From: Desulfurococcaceae archaeon UBA285
GTDB lineage: Archaea > Thermoproteota > Thermoprotei_A > Sulfolobales > Desulfurococcaceae
Direction of reading: 5' to 3'
Assembly (NCBI GenBank): GCA_002495025.1
Contig: DADP01000025.1
Coordinates: 6,212 to 70,211 of the forward strand
Length of the DNA: 64,000 bases
This document shows positions 1 to 11,894 of the stretch, piece after piece. The position numbers were made by a program, and so were the translations under genes. The notes under the pieces are model-generated. The model was given only the letters and a program-made list of their open reading frames with translations. It was not told where the DNA came from and did no database searches. How positions within the stretch are numbered: the first letter of the stretch is position 1; each line of letters starts with the position of its first letter.

Positions 1-191
1 GGTAGTAGTAGACTAGTAAATGAAGTAACAATCATAACACCAGCACTAAATCCTAAACCTACATCTAAATGCACTTCTCTCCCTCTAACTCCAATTAAAC
101 CTATAAGTCCTCCTAGTGTAGTAGTTAGAGCGGGTATTAATCCAAATACCAGTGCTCGTAAAACAATGTCTTCTTCTAGCCACTCTAACAC
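1..191 (-). CDS. ZIP-family (ZupT-like) metal transporter, 5' part only; gene runs off the left edge
   Basis: Hand translation of the minus strand from GTG 189-191 gives MLEWLEEDIVLRALVFGLIPALTTTLGGLIGLIGVRGREVHLDVGLGFSAGVMIVTSFTSLLLP with no stop down to position 1. The hydrophobic helices resemble ZIP transporter N-termini. Truncated, so absent from the ORF track. Confidence 0.4.
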   Translation of the reverse strand, partial: MLEWLEEDIVLRALVFGLIPALTTTLGGLIGLIGVRGREVHLDVGLGFSAGVMIVTSFTSLLL

Positions 192-376
192 TGTTTACAC
201 CTGTAATTCTAGAGTATTGGTGATTTGCCTATATCTTTTATATACAACTAGTTAATTAATTGATTAGGTAACTTAGAAAAATAAGTAACACAGCTTGTTA
301 AATAGAAGTATATATTGGTTTTACTGAAGAAATATTTTTAATTTTAGTATTGAAATTATTTATTGAGGTGTCTAGA

Positions 377-625
377 TTGGCTAAGTATAGAGTAGTAGTT
401 GATAGACAAACATGTATAGGATGTGGTGTTGCACCAGCTGTATGCTCCGATGTATTCATCCTCGATGAAAACACGGGTAAAAACATGGTGGTAGAAAAAT
501 ACGCTGTTGAAACAACAAATGAAGTATCTATAGGAATAGTACCCGAAGAGCTCTATGAATGCGTTAAAAAAGCCGCGGAAGCCTGTCCTGTAGGAGCAAT
601 AAAAATAGAAGAAGTAAAAGAGTAG
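377..625 (+). CDS. small ferredoxin (Pyrococcus/Thermococcus single-cluster type)
   Basis: Track ORF 350-625. VVVDRQTCIGCG...ELYECVKKAAEACPVGAIKIEE matches the 70-80 aa archaeal ferredoxin pattern. GAGGTG at 365-370 sits 6 nt before in-frame TTG 377, taken as the start. Convergent with the OFOR genes. Confidence 0.8.
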   Translation: MAKYRVVVDRQTCIGCGVAPAVCSDVFILDENTGKNMVVEKYAVETTNEVSIGIVPEELYECVKKAAEACPVGAIKIEEVKE

Positions 626-635
626 TAGTAATGCA

Positions 636-3489
<2,854 letters not shown>

Positions 3490-3499
3490 GTCAAACCAC

Positions 3500-3814
3500 C
3501 TAGTCTGCTATAGGTGCCTCCTCGCTAGCAACCATGTCAGAAAAACTACCTACAACAATGTGTTTTTCCAAGTGGCTTTTCAATTCCTCAACTGTATGAA
3601 TATATACACCACATGTAATACAGTATAGAGAGCCCCCGCTACTTATAATATTCTCTAAGTCCTCAAATGTAACCTTTTTAAAATTTGAACAGGGTTTTCT
3701 CTCACCGCTTAAAACTAATAGCTCGCCTGATTTAACACAATAACCTAGATATTCAAAGGTTCCGTGTAGCCTAAAAAACACACAGTTTTTACAATCCTCT
3801 GAAACTTCGTTCAA
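3500..3814 (-). CDS. Cys-rich small protein with C-terminal C2H2 zinc-finger-type spacing; function unknown
   Basis: C8,C11,C26,C42, then C65-x2-C68-x12-H81-x3-H85. Ends 10 nt upstream of the OFOR alpha start on the same strand. Confidence 0.6.
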   Translation of the reverse strand: MNEVSEDCKNCVFFRLHGTFEYLGYCVKSGELLVLSGERKPCSNFKKVTFEDLENIISSGGSLYCITCGVYIHTVEELKSHLEKHIVVGSFSDMVASEEAPIAD

Positions 3815-4058
3815 GTTAACACCATAATCTATTATTTTTAATCAGGATATAAAATAAACTCTTAATTAGCTTTAATAAATTAATTCATATATAAAAATCC
3901 AAATCATTAATTTGTATAAGTCTACTAGAATTCTCGGATTTTAAACCTAAAATACATTAGAAGCCTATGTTATACATATAATTCTACAATTCTAATAAAT
4001 ACGGTATCAATAGTTGTAATTAACCATTTAATACTGTGGCTTCCCGGGAATACTGTAT

Positions 4059-5159
4059 TCAATGTATTTGAGAATACAAGTAGATAGATATCAGCGATGT
4101 AGAAATAGCATAAAACAGCACATATACCGGGTTTTCAAGTAGTAATGTATAGATAAAACCTCCAAGCGCCCATGTAAAACCGAAGACTAGTCCAAAGATG
4201 CCATATGCTAGTGGCCTCTTGGATGGTTCTACTAGTACTGCTATCGCTGCCCTCATTATACTTTCTTCTGAACTCATTACTACACCCCACGGTATTGCAA
4301 CAAGATATACTAGTTCTATTGGCGCAAGTATTAAGAGAGTTATAGATACTGGTATTAAAAGTGGAATTATCAAAAATACTTTGGTTTTAATTCTATCAAA
4401 TAAAACTCCTATGGGAACTGCTACAACCGCATCTACGAGCATTGCTACTGCATAGATTAACCCTATTACTTCGCCTGGTAAACCTCTGTATTGTTTTAGA
4501 TAGTATGATGCTATAGACCAGTGTATAAATCCCAGTGCTAGAATACATGATGCAATCGTGTAGAGCCAGAAACTCCTACTATAACCCTTCACTGATAAAA
4601 CATGCTTTCTAATACTAGTAGCTCTTGGTTTTGGATAGAAATACCATGCTGCAGCGACAAGGATTATTGAGATCAATCCAGGTATTAACAATGCGAGATA
4701 GGCTATTCTATACCCATAGTAGACAAGTAGAATACTAACTAGTAGGGGGCCGGTAAAAGCACCGAGTTGATCGAGTAGTTCATGCATACCAAAACCCTTA
4801 CCAACACCAATACCCTCTGAAACCTCTGCTAAAATAACATCTCTCGCCGGCGCTCTCAATCCTTTACCAATTCTATCGAGTGTATAAAGTACTACGACAA
4901 ACTCCCAGCTACTTGTAAACCCTACTAGGGGAATACTTAGAGCTGTAATCGCATATCCTAAAAGCGTTGAGCTCCAAAGAATGAGAGGAGATTGAAAAAC
5001 AGTTGAGAGATAACCAGAGAAAAACCTGAATACAAGACCCAGGAATTCACCTACACCAATTAACGCGCTTGATGTTGGCGGTGCATAAAGCTCGGCTAGA
5101 TAAGCACCACTAATCGATCTACCTCCCTCGTAAACCATATCAGCAAAAAGAGAAACCAA
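4059..5159 (-). CDS. MFS-type transporter (N-terminus uncertain)
   Basis: About 11 hydrophobic helices and a FADMVYEGGRS loop typical of archaeal MFS proteins. The first canonical start (TTG 5157-5159) falls inside what looks like TM1; see finding. Confidence 0.7.
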   Translation of the reverse strand: MVSLFADMVYEGGRSISGAYLAELYAPPTSSALIGVGEFLGLVFRFFSGYLSTVFQSPLILWSSTLLGYAITALSIPLVGFTSSWEFVVVLYTLDRIGKGLRAPARDVILAEVSEGIGVGKGFGMHELLDQLGAFTGPLLVSILLVYYGYRIAYLALLIPGLISIILVAAAWYFYPKPRATSIRKHVLSVKGYSRSFWLYTIASCILALGFIHWSIASYYLKQYRGLPGEVIGLIYAVAMLVDAVVAVPIGVLFDRIKTKVFLIIPLLIPVSITLLILAPIELVYLVAIPWGVVMSSEESIMRAAIAVLVEPSKRPLAYGIFGLVFGFTWALGGFIYTLLLENPVYVLFYAISTSLISIYLYSQIH

Positions 5160-5215
5160 ACCTAGAAGTAGGAATACAACGATAACCCTACGCAGAGAAT
5201 TCCACCTCTATAAAA

Positions 5216-5725
5216 CTATTGAGACTTGATTCTACCTAGAATACTCTTTATTGTTTTTTCATGAAATTCCTCGTCTACAACAATTTTATTAATTAATTGA
5301 ACTATGAGATCAGTGTTATTTGGTAGTAAGTCTATTACTAGTGGGAGGAGGAGTTTATGATAGGTCTCTTCGGCTATAAAGTTTTCTAGTATAACGAGTT
5401 TCTCGAGTATTATTTTTAACTCCTCTAGAGAAACCTCTGATGTGTTTTTCAATTGATTTAAAACACTCTCTATAATAATGCATTGTTCTCCATGGTATTC
5501 TCTACAATCAACTCCTTCTTGTTTTAATCCATAAGTGTCGGCAATGTCTTCTAGTATTGAAGCATGATTGCTCGATTCAAGTGCTATTGTTTTAAATAAT
5601 AGTTTTATAACGGGGTCTCTTGTCTTTCTGTGTAATTCAAAGAATAATTCAGCTACATTTTTCTCCATTATAATAGAACACGTTAATAACTCTCTAATTA
5701 GTAATTCGGGTTTTTTAGTAGTCAA
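5216..5725 (-). CDS. ferritin-like/rubrerythrin-like four-helix-bundle protein
   Basis: Helical 169-aa ORF with paired E..H motifs (ALESSNHASILEDI and VVDEEFHEKTI). Confidence 0.45.
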   Translation of the reverse strand: MTTKKPELLIRELLTCSIIMEKNVAELFFELHRKTRDPVIKLLFKTIALESSNHASILEDIADTYGLKQEGVDCREYHGEQCIIIESVLNQLKNTSEVSLEELKIILEKLVILENFIAEETYHKLLLPLVIDLLPNNTDLIVQLINKIVVDEEFHEKTIKSILGRIKSQ

Positions 5726-5808
5726 AAAATCTCCCGTGAATAAACTAATTCAGGTTTGTGGTAATATAGTTTTTAAACCTGTCTTCTCCGAGTTGGAAAT
5801 ATGTATTT

Positions 5809-6432
5809 CTATTGTTGTTCTTGGAGTGTTTTGAATAGGTATTGTTTTGTCTGGTATCCGTCTTTAGTGAATATTATTATGTCTACTCCATCACCAGACA
5901 GTACATCTCTCTCTATAACTGTCTTTATTGCTCCTATTGCTAGTTGTTCTGCTTCTTCTAGTGATAGGTCTTCACGGTAGCGTGGTTCTATATAGCCTAT
6001 TGCTAACTGGTGTCCCGAGCCTGCAGCAGCGTATTTTTCTTCTATTACGCTTCCAACAGGGTCTAGTATGAATAGTGCTGGTGTCTCGTCGTATCCACCA
6101 ACTATTACTTCTGTAAACATCGGGAAGAACTTGTAGCTGTAGAGTATTAGTGAGAGTACTTTAGCTAGACTTCTGGTTTTCATCTCTCTTCCTATTTCCA
6201 ACTCGTATTTCTTCGCTTCGTATTTAAGTAGTTTTGTTATATAACCAATATCTCCCATGAGGCCTGCAAATGCTACTCCACTACGACTTGTAATAGCATG
6301 TACTTTTGTTGCCTGACGGCTCATTATGAAACCATCGTATGTTACTCTCTTATCAGTAGCTAGTACTACTCCATTACGTGTTTTAATACCAACAGCTGTT
6401 CCCGGTAAAACCATTCCCATTGATACCACCAT
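5809..6432 (-). CDS. psmB: proteasome beta subunit paralogue (GTAVG type)
   Basis: LPGTAVGIKTRNGVVLATDKRVT... is an Ntn-hydrolase beta-subunit pattern. By alignment to TTTVG, the nucleophile position reads G-T-A. Confidence 0.85.
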   Translation of the reverse strand: MVVSMGMVLPGTAVGIKTRNGVVLATDKRVTYDGFIMSRQATKVHAITSRSGVAFAGLMGDIGYITKLLKYEAKKYELEIGREMKTRSLAKVLSLILYSYKFFPMFTEVIVGGYDETPALFILDPVGSVIEEKYAAAGSGHQLAIGYIEPRYREDLSLEEAEQLAIGAIKTVIERDVLSGDGVDIIIFTKDGYQTKQYLFKTLQEQQ

Positions 6433-6554
6433 TAAGCGTCTTGTTTAGAATAATTGTAAACAAGGTAAAATAGTTTTAGAAATACTTTCGGCCTACTCCG
6501 AGTCTCTAACACAAAAAACCAATTCTATAATAAACCCAGCCCAGAGAACATCAA

Positions 6555-7193
6555 TTGGTGGCGAAAGTGAAATGTTCTACTTGTGGAGGGACGCTTATCT
6601 GGGATTACGAGCGTGGAGAAGTAGTTTGTAGTTCTTGTGGACTAGTCCACTATACATTAACAACACTTGAATGCCAGTATTATAGAGTAAACAATGTAGA
6701 AGAAGACTCCACTAGAGAACAACCACGTAGTATCAAACCAGTTGTTTCACGAGAATATAGAAAACTACTACGCATATACAAAAAGACGATTAAACTAGTT
6801 AAAAACAAACCATGGCTTGAAGTAGACTATAACAAGATAATCAATGAGAAAAAACACGTACACGCAATAAAATCTAAAGCATCAATTAAAGCCGTTAAAA
6901 ACATCGAGGAATACGGGTATTGGGACATAGTGAAGAAGGGATTAGAGTTTATTAACAGTGTTAATCCAGCTTTTCTAGCTAGAAGTGAGAGGAGTAAATA
7001 TGCTCTCGCCTATATGGTTGCAGTAAAACTTGAAACAGGGAGATATCCAAGTAGAGAAGATGTAGTCAAAATATTCAATATTAGTAATACGAGTTACAAT
7101 AGACTGTGGAGTATAGCCGAGAAAATACTGAAGTCGCCGCAATTCCAACCCTTTAACTCTCAACTCGAAAACAATGCAGTGTTTTCCAGCTGA
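6555..7193 (+). CDS. TFIIB/TFB-like zinc-ribbon protein, truncated paralogue
   Basis: N-terminal CSTCGG...VVCSSCGLV is a TFIIB-type zinc ribbon. The C-terminal segment (RSERSKYALAYMVAVKLETGRYPSREDVVKIFNISNTSYNRLW) resembles a single cyclin-fold repeat. Only 212 aa. Confidence 0.45.
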   Translation: MVAKVKCSTCGGTLIWDYERGEVVCSSCGLVHYTLTTLECQYYRVNNVEEDSTREQPRSIKPVVSREYRKLLRIYKKTIKLVKNKPWLEVDYNKIINEKKHVHAIKSKASIKAVKNIEEYGYWDIVKKGLEFINSVNPAFLARSERSKYALAYMVAVKLETGRYPSREDVVKIFNISNTSYNRLWSIAEKILKSPQFQPFNSQLENNAVFSS

Positions 7194-7283
7194 TTAGAAA
7201 AATAGGTGTAGAATAATAACTCAATATAGAGATAAGTATACTAGACGAATAGTTATACAAGTAATTTTACAGCGTGGATTTAA

Positions 7284-8297
7284 ATGGAGAAGCCAGTATT
7301 ATCTAAACTATACGTTAGAAATTATAGCGAGCTCTACGAGTATTTAAACAATTCATTAAAAAAGATCAAGCCATTAGAAGGCGAAGACTTCAAGTTATTT
7401 ATGAAGAAGAAGATAACATCGGCATACCAGGTAATTGAAAGCGAATTAAACAAGCTCCTCGAGGCACTCGTATTGATTCAAAACGCTGGCGACTTCTATA
7501 GAGAGCTATTTAAGGTATATACTGGTAGCACTGTAGAAGAATACATAGTCGACGTGAAAAAGAGGATTAAACTAGCTAGAAATATATACAAGTGGGCAAT
7601 ACAAGAACTAAGTAGTTTGGATTCAAAGAGAAAGAGAAAAATAGTATTGACTTTTAGAGCTGGTATAGGCAGGCTTTTATCAATATATAAGAGAATGGAT
7701 AAACGAGTAGTACTAGTTAAAGAATACTTGAAAGAAGTATCTAAAATGCCTGATACAAGAGGAGACTATATTGTCGTCCTCGCCGGGCTACCACAAGTTG
7801 GTAAATCAACACTACTTTCAAAACTAACTAGTGCAAAACCAGAAATTGGTTCATACCCGTTTACAACGAAAACCCTTATAGCTGGACACCTCGTTGTTGA
7901 ACCATATGGTAGAATAGTTATTATTGACTCGCCGGGTATACTGGATACTCCAATTGAAGAAAAGAATATTATTGAATATAAAGCAATACTTGCATTAAAA
8001 CACTTAGCAGACCACGTAGTCTACTTGTTTGCCTATACACCTAGTTTCTACTATACACTCCAAGAACAATTAAACGTTTATGAATCAGTAAAACGACTCC
8101 TCGGCGATAAACCAATAACTATAGTTTTCAATAAAGTAGACTTGCTTTCAAAGACGGAATTGGAAGAATACATGGGTGAGATTGAAAGTAAAACTGGTAT
8201 AAAACCAATACCAGTCTCTGCATTAACAGGCTATAATCTAGATGAAATCCGCCAACTACTAGTAAGCTATCTCAAGGAGAAAAAGAAACTCCAGTAA
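7284..8297 (+). CDS. NOG1-family GTP-binding protein
   Basis: G1 GLPQVGKST, G3 DSPG and G4 NKVD, preceded by a long helical N-terminal domain as in archaeal NOG1 homologues. Confidence 0.75.
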   Translation: MEKPVLSKLYVRNYSELYEYLNNSLKKIKPLEGEDFKLFMKKKITSAYQVIESELNKLLEALVLIQNAGDFYRELFKVYTGSTVEEYIVDVKKRIKLARNIYKWAIQELSSLDSKRKRKIVLTFRAGIGRLLSIYKRMDKRVVLVKEYLKEVSKMPDTRGDYIVVLAGLPQVGKSTLLSKLTSAKPEIGSYPFTTKTLIAGHLVVEPYGRIVIIDSPGILDTPIEEKNIIEYKAILALKHLADHVVYLFAYTPSFYYTLQEQLNVYESVKRLLGDKPITIVFNKVDLLSKTELEEYMGEIESKTGIKPIPVSALTGYNLDEIRQLLVSYLKEKKKLQ

Positions 8298-9345
8298 TTC
8301 TCACTATACCAGGTTTGCCTATTTCTCCCTGTACTTCTACTTGAGCACTTGGAATAAAGAGTTTTGCTACTTCTATAGCTGTAGCAAGATGCATTGTTAT
8401 TTTCGAGACTCCGGCAATGCTTTCACCCCTAGCTAGAAACATGTACGGTATAAGCATATCACCCATGTGTTTATCAAACGCCATTCCTGTTTCATAGTCT
8501 TCAATTAGTGATAAAGCAGCTTCTTCGCCTACTTTCTCGGCTGGTTTACCTTTTTCACCGAGGGAGTCGCCTCCAAGTCTAACATCCATATCTGTTTCTA
8601 CGTATACTAGTATTCCGCTTCCAGGACCTAAGTGTGGATCTCTTTCTGGTGGATATGTTTCAATATCGATTTTCGGCTCTACATTAATGTATTTTCTAAG
8701 TATGTTTAATGCTGAATCTGCTTGTCTCTTTGCAACATGGTGTGGTAGTTTTACAGCGTGGCTTGTAATGAATAATTTTACTGGTTTACCACGTGAAACC
8801 TTGTTTATGGGTGTTAATGGTTGTTTAACGGGGTTTACACGTAGTTCTACTAATCCACCGCCTCTAGGGTAGTGTCCTCGTCTATGTAGTTTAATATCTA
8901 CATTTACACCAAAGTGTCTAAGATTATATGTAAATACGTGTATCATGTAGTCTATTGGTGGACTCATTGGTACATTAGTACCTCCTTTAATTGTTACTCT
9001 AGAGGAGCAATCACTAAACAGTAGTACTGGTAGTATTGCTTGTATTACGAGAGAGACGCTTCCAGCTGTTCCAATATCAAATGTAAAATCTCCACAGCGT
9101 CTTTCAACGGGCTTGAATACTAGTCTCGAACTACCTACTTGTGCACCTTCAACTTCTGCTCTAGTGAGCTCTGCTAGTGCTTTAACAGCTGTTAAATGCT
9201 GTGGTCTTAGCCCTGGATTACTCCTCTTAGCTCTAATATTGTATACTTCTACTGGTTGGAGAAGTAGTGCTGATAGTGCTAGTGAATACCTTAATATCTG
9301 TCCTCCTCCCTCACCCATACTTCCATCAATACGTAGTATGTTCAT
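8272..9345 (-). CDS. rtcA: RNA 3'-terminal phosphate cyclase
   Basis: MNILRIDGSMGEGGGQILRYSLALSAL and NPGLRPQHL motifs. Start taken at the internal Met (track ORF extends to 9372). Confidence 0.9.
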   Translation of the reverse strand: MNILRIDGSMGEGGGQILRYSLALSALLLQPVEVYNIRAKRSNPGLRPQHLTAVKALAELTRAEVEGAQVGSSRLVFKPVERRCGDFTFDIGTAGSVSLVIQAILPVLLFSDCSSRVTIKGGTNVPMSPPIDYMIHVFTYNLRHFGVNVDIKLHRRGHYPRGGGLVELRVNPVKQPLTPINKVSRGKPVKLFITSHAVKLPHHVAKRQADSALNILRKYINVEPKIDIETYPPERDPHLGPGSGILVYVETDMDVRLGGDSLGEKGKPAEKVGEEAALSLIEDYETGMAFDKHMGDMLIPYMFLARGESIAGVSKITMHLATAIEVAKLFIPSAQVEVQGEIGKPGIVRITGVSFSP

Positions 9346-9853
9346 CAATACACAACCTCCTAACTCTTTCAACTCCCTTTATTTCATCTATGTATTCAGA
9401 TACAGATGGTGGTACTAGTTCACGCCATTCATCGCTACCTCTAGCCATTAACTCTCTTATCCTCGTACCATGATATCTCATGGGTTCTAGTAGAGTAATC
9501 CTCTTGGTTGGTTTACCAAGCCATTCAAACAAGTATAGTGTCTGGGGGTTTCCAGAGGCTACAACGTCTACTCTGGGAGACATAGATAATACGTATGCAG
9601 TCCAAGTCAAAGGCATATTTATATCTGGAATAGTTATCATCCAAACCCTTCCGAGAAGACCGTTCTCCCTTATTACTCTATATATCATTTCCCAACGCTC
9701 TCCCGCTGTGAATGGATTTCTACACGTATAGCCATCCTGCGCGCTTCCAATTGCAACTATTACTTCATCGTATTCACTGAGTAATTGGTTTATAGCTGCT
9801 ATGTGTCCTTTGTGAAATGGCTGGAATCTACCGGGGAATAGTGCCCGCTTCAA
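9326..9853 (-). CDS. nadM: nicotinamide-nucleotide adenylyltransferase (archaeal NMNAT)
   Basis: GRFQPFHKGH nucleotidyltransferase motif and the 175-aa archaeal NMNAT size. Overlaps the rtcA start by 20 nt. Confidence 0.85.
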   Translation of the reverse strand: MKRALFPGRFQPFHKGHIAAINQLLSEYDEVIVAIGSAQDGYTCRNPFTAGERWEMIYRVIRENGLLGRVWMITIPDINMPLTWTAYVLSMSPRVDVVASGNPQTLYLFEWLGKPTKRITLLEPMRYHGTRIRELMARGSDEWRELVPPSVSEYIDEIKGVERVRRLCIDEHTTY

Positions 9854-9865
9854 TTAAATCCACTC

Positions 9866-11806
9866 CTACTGTGCTGTTAAGTGAATTGAGTCGAGGTTTG
9901 ATGGTGTTAGTATTTTCTGAGCGTATGTCCTGATTTCCTTTGACTTCTTTAATAATGACGCGAGTGCATCTATAGCGTTTGGCTCTCCATGGTTTAAAAT
10001 AATTGTTTTTGGTTTTGGATTGATATCTCTTGCATATGCTAGTAGTTCGCGTTGATCGCTGTGTCCACTGAAGCCATCAATGCTTTCTACTTCGAGGTTT
10101 ACTTTTATAGCTTCTACTTTGTTTTCAACAATTATTGATACTTCTTTCATTCCATCTTTAACCATTCTTCCAAGTGTTCCCTCTGCCTGGTATCCAACAA
10201 ATACGATTGAGTTTCTAGGGTCTTCTGCTAGTAGTTTGAAGTATTCTACTGCTGGGCCTCCATTCAACATACCATTTGTAGCAATAATAACTGATGGTCT
10301 GTCTTCTACTATATCCGGTCTTGCAACAGGGCCTTCTAGGATTTTCACGTTGTCTGTTATAAATGGGTTTTCACCATTGTAGATATCTTCTCTAACTTTT
10401 TTACTGAGGTACTCTGGGTATTGTAGGTGTACTGCTGTTACTTCGTTTACTAATCCTTCAACGTAGATGTTAATTGGTGGTATTTGTTTTTCTTTTATAG
10501 CATTGTTTAATACTAGGAGTATTTCTTGTCCTCTACCAGCTGCGAATACGGGTATTAGTGTTATTCCATTACGCTCTGCAGTTCGCTTTACAATTTCTAT
10601 TAATCTAGCTTCTGCTTGGGCTCTTGGTTCTTGTAGACTAGCTCCATAAGTACTCTCCATTATGAGTGCTTCTACTCTTGGAAACTCTGTGTGTGCTCTA
10701 CTCAGTAGTCTTGAATCAGCGTATTTAAAGTCGCCTGTATAGACAATATTGTATAATCCCATTCCAATGTGGAGGTGTACTATTCCAGATCCGAGGAGGT
10801 GGCCGGCGTTGTACATAGTGAGCTTTATATCTGGTGCTACATCTGTTACTTCATCATAGTCTACTGTTATAGTGTGTGTTAGTGCTGTTAACAAGTCTTT
10901 TTCTCCATATGGAATATATCTACCTGATTTCTTTGAGACTTCTAGTAGGTCTTTGAGCATTATAGCCATTAACTCTCTAGTTGGCTTAGTAGTGTATACT
11001 GGCCCTCTATATCCGTATTTATAGAGTAATGGTACTAATCCAGCGTGGTCTAGGTGTGCGTGTGTCACTATTACTCCATCTAGCTCGTCTATTCTCAATA
11101 TATCTATTATTGGATAGGCTTTAAATGGGTCTGAAAACGCGCCAACGTTTATTCCAAAGTCTAGTAGTATTCTACTCTCTCTTGTTTCAACTAGTATTGC
11201 TGATCTACCAACTTCTCTGAAACCGCCGAGGCCAGTGATTCTAACATAGTTGTTTTTATAAATTACATCTCTATGTACTCTTTCACCAAGTGTTCTCAGG
11301 AATTCTAGTCTATACTCGCTTTGTTTAATCAAGTAGTTAGTGATTTCTTTGAGTGTTTTTGTCTCGAATGGCGTTGTTCTCAGTGGTACTACTCTCCACC
11401 CTGTTTCAGCTAGGAGCATGTTTCGAAACACATTACCTTTGCCAATGATATATCCTGGTTTCTCTGCTTTAACTAATACTTCCCCGCTTGCCTCGTCGAA
11501 GTACATTCCATTAGGATCTATACCGGCTTCTTTAGGCGAGTATTCAATTATTATCTTCTTGGCTTCTTCTTTACTGAGTCTTGCATCGGGAGATACTCGT
11601 ATAACTATTCTCTTTCTAACCTTCTTCGCTATTGTTTGAGCTAGCATTGGATATTTAACTAGTGCTTTTCTATTTCTAACGTATATTACTATTAATGGCC
11701 CTTCGAATTCAATATTTGATAATTCAAGCTCTGCTGGTATTTCCTCCATTATACTCTTCAACAACATTAGTTTTCCTCTATCTAGCAACAGTCTTCCTGA
11801 TGTCAA
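9866..11806 (-). CDS. aCPSF1: KH-domain / metallo-beta-lactamase / beta-CASP ribonuclease
   Basis: N-terminal KH-like region (IEFEGPLIVIYV), HAHLDHAG metallo-beta-lactamase motif, and a beta-CASP C-terminus. The start may be an internal Met (about 11767). Confidence 0.9.
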   Translation of the reverse strand: MTSGRLLLDRGKLMLLKSIMEEIPAELELSNIEFEGPLIVIYVRNRKALVKYPMLAQTIAKKVRKRIVIRVSPDARLSKEEAKKIIIEYSPKEAGIDPNGMYFDEASGEVLVKAEKPGYIIGKGNVFRNMLLAETGWRVVPLRTTPFETKTLKEITNYLIKQSEYRLEFLRTLGERVHRDVIYKNNYVRITGLGGFREVGRSAILVETRESRILLDFGINVGAFSDPFKAYPIIDILRIDELDGVIVTHAHLDHAGLVPLLYKYGYRGPVYTTKPTRELMAIMLKDLLEVSKKSGRYIPYGEKDLLTALTHTITVDYDEVTDVAPDIKLTMYNAGHLLGSGIVHLHIGMGLYNIVYTGDFKYADSRLLSRAHTEFPRVEALIMESTYGASLQEPRAQAEARLIEIVKRTAERNGITLIPVFAAGRGQEILLVLNNAIKEKQIPPINIYVEGLVNEVTAVHLQYPEYLSKKVREDIYNGENPFITDNVKILEGPVARPDIVEDRPSVIIATNGMLNGGPAVEYFKLLAEDPRNSIVFVGYQAEGTLGRMVKDGMKEVSIIVENKVEAIKVNLEVESIDGFSGHSDQRELLAYARDINPKPKTIILNHGEPNAIDALASLLKKSKEIRTYAQKILTPSNLDSIHLTAQ

Positions 11807-11894
11807 CTATAACCCCTCTCAAGCTTGCAGGATTAAAAGCATTAAAAGACAAGACCGATTAAGAGTATATATTCAACCCTTTTAAAAATAGAGA

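Noticed and set aside
260-326. TTGATTA ... CTGA about 57 nt apart upstream of the ferredoxin gene, considered as a C/D sRNA
   Set aside because: The C box has two mismatches, no D'/C' pair is present, and the region is almost pure AT promoter-like sequence.
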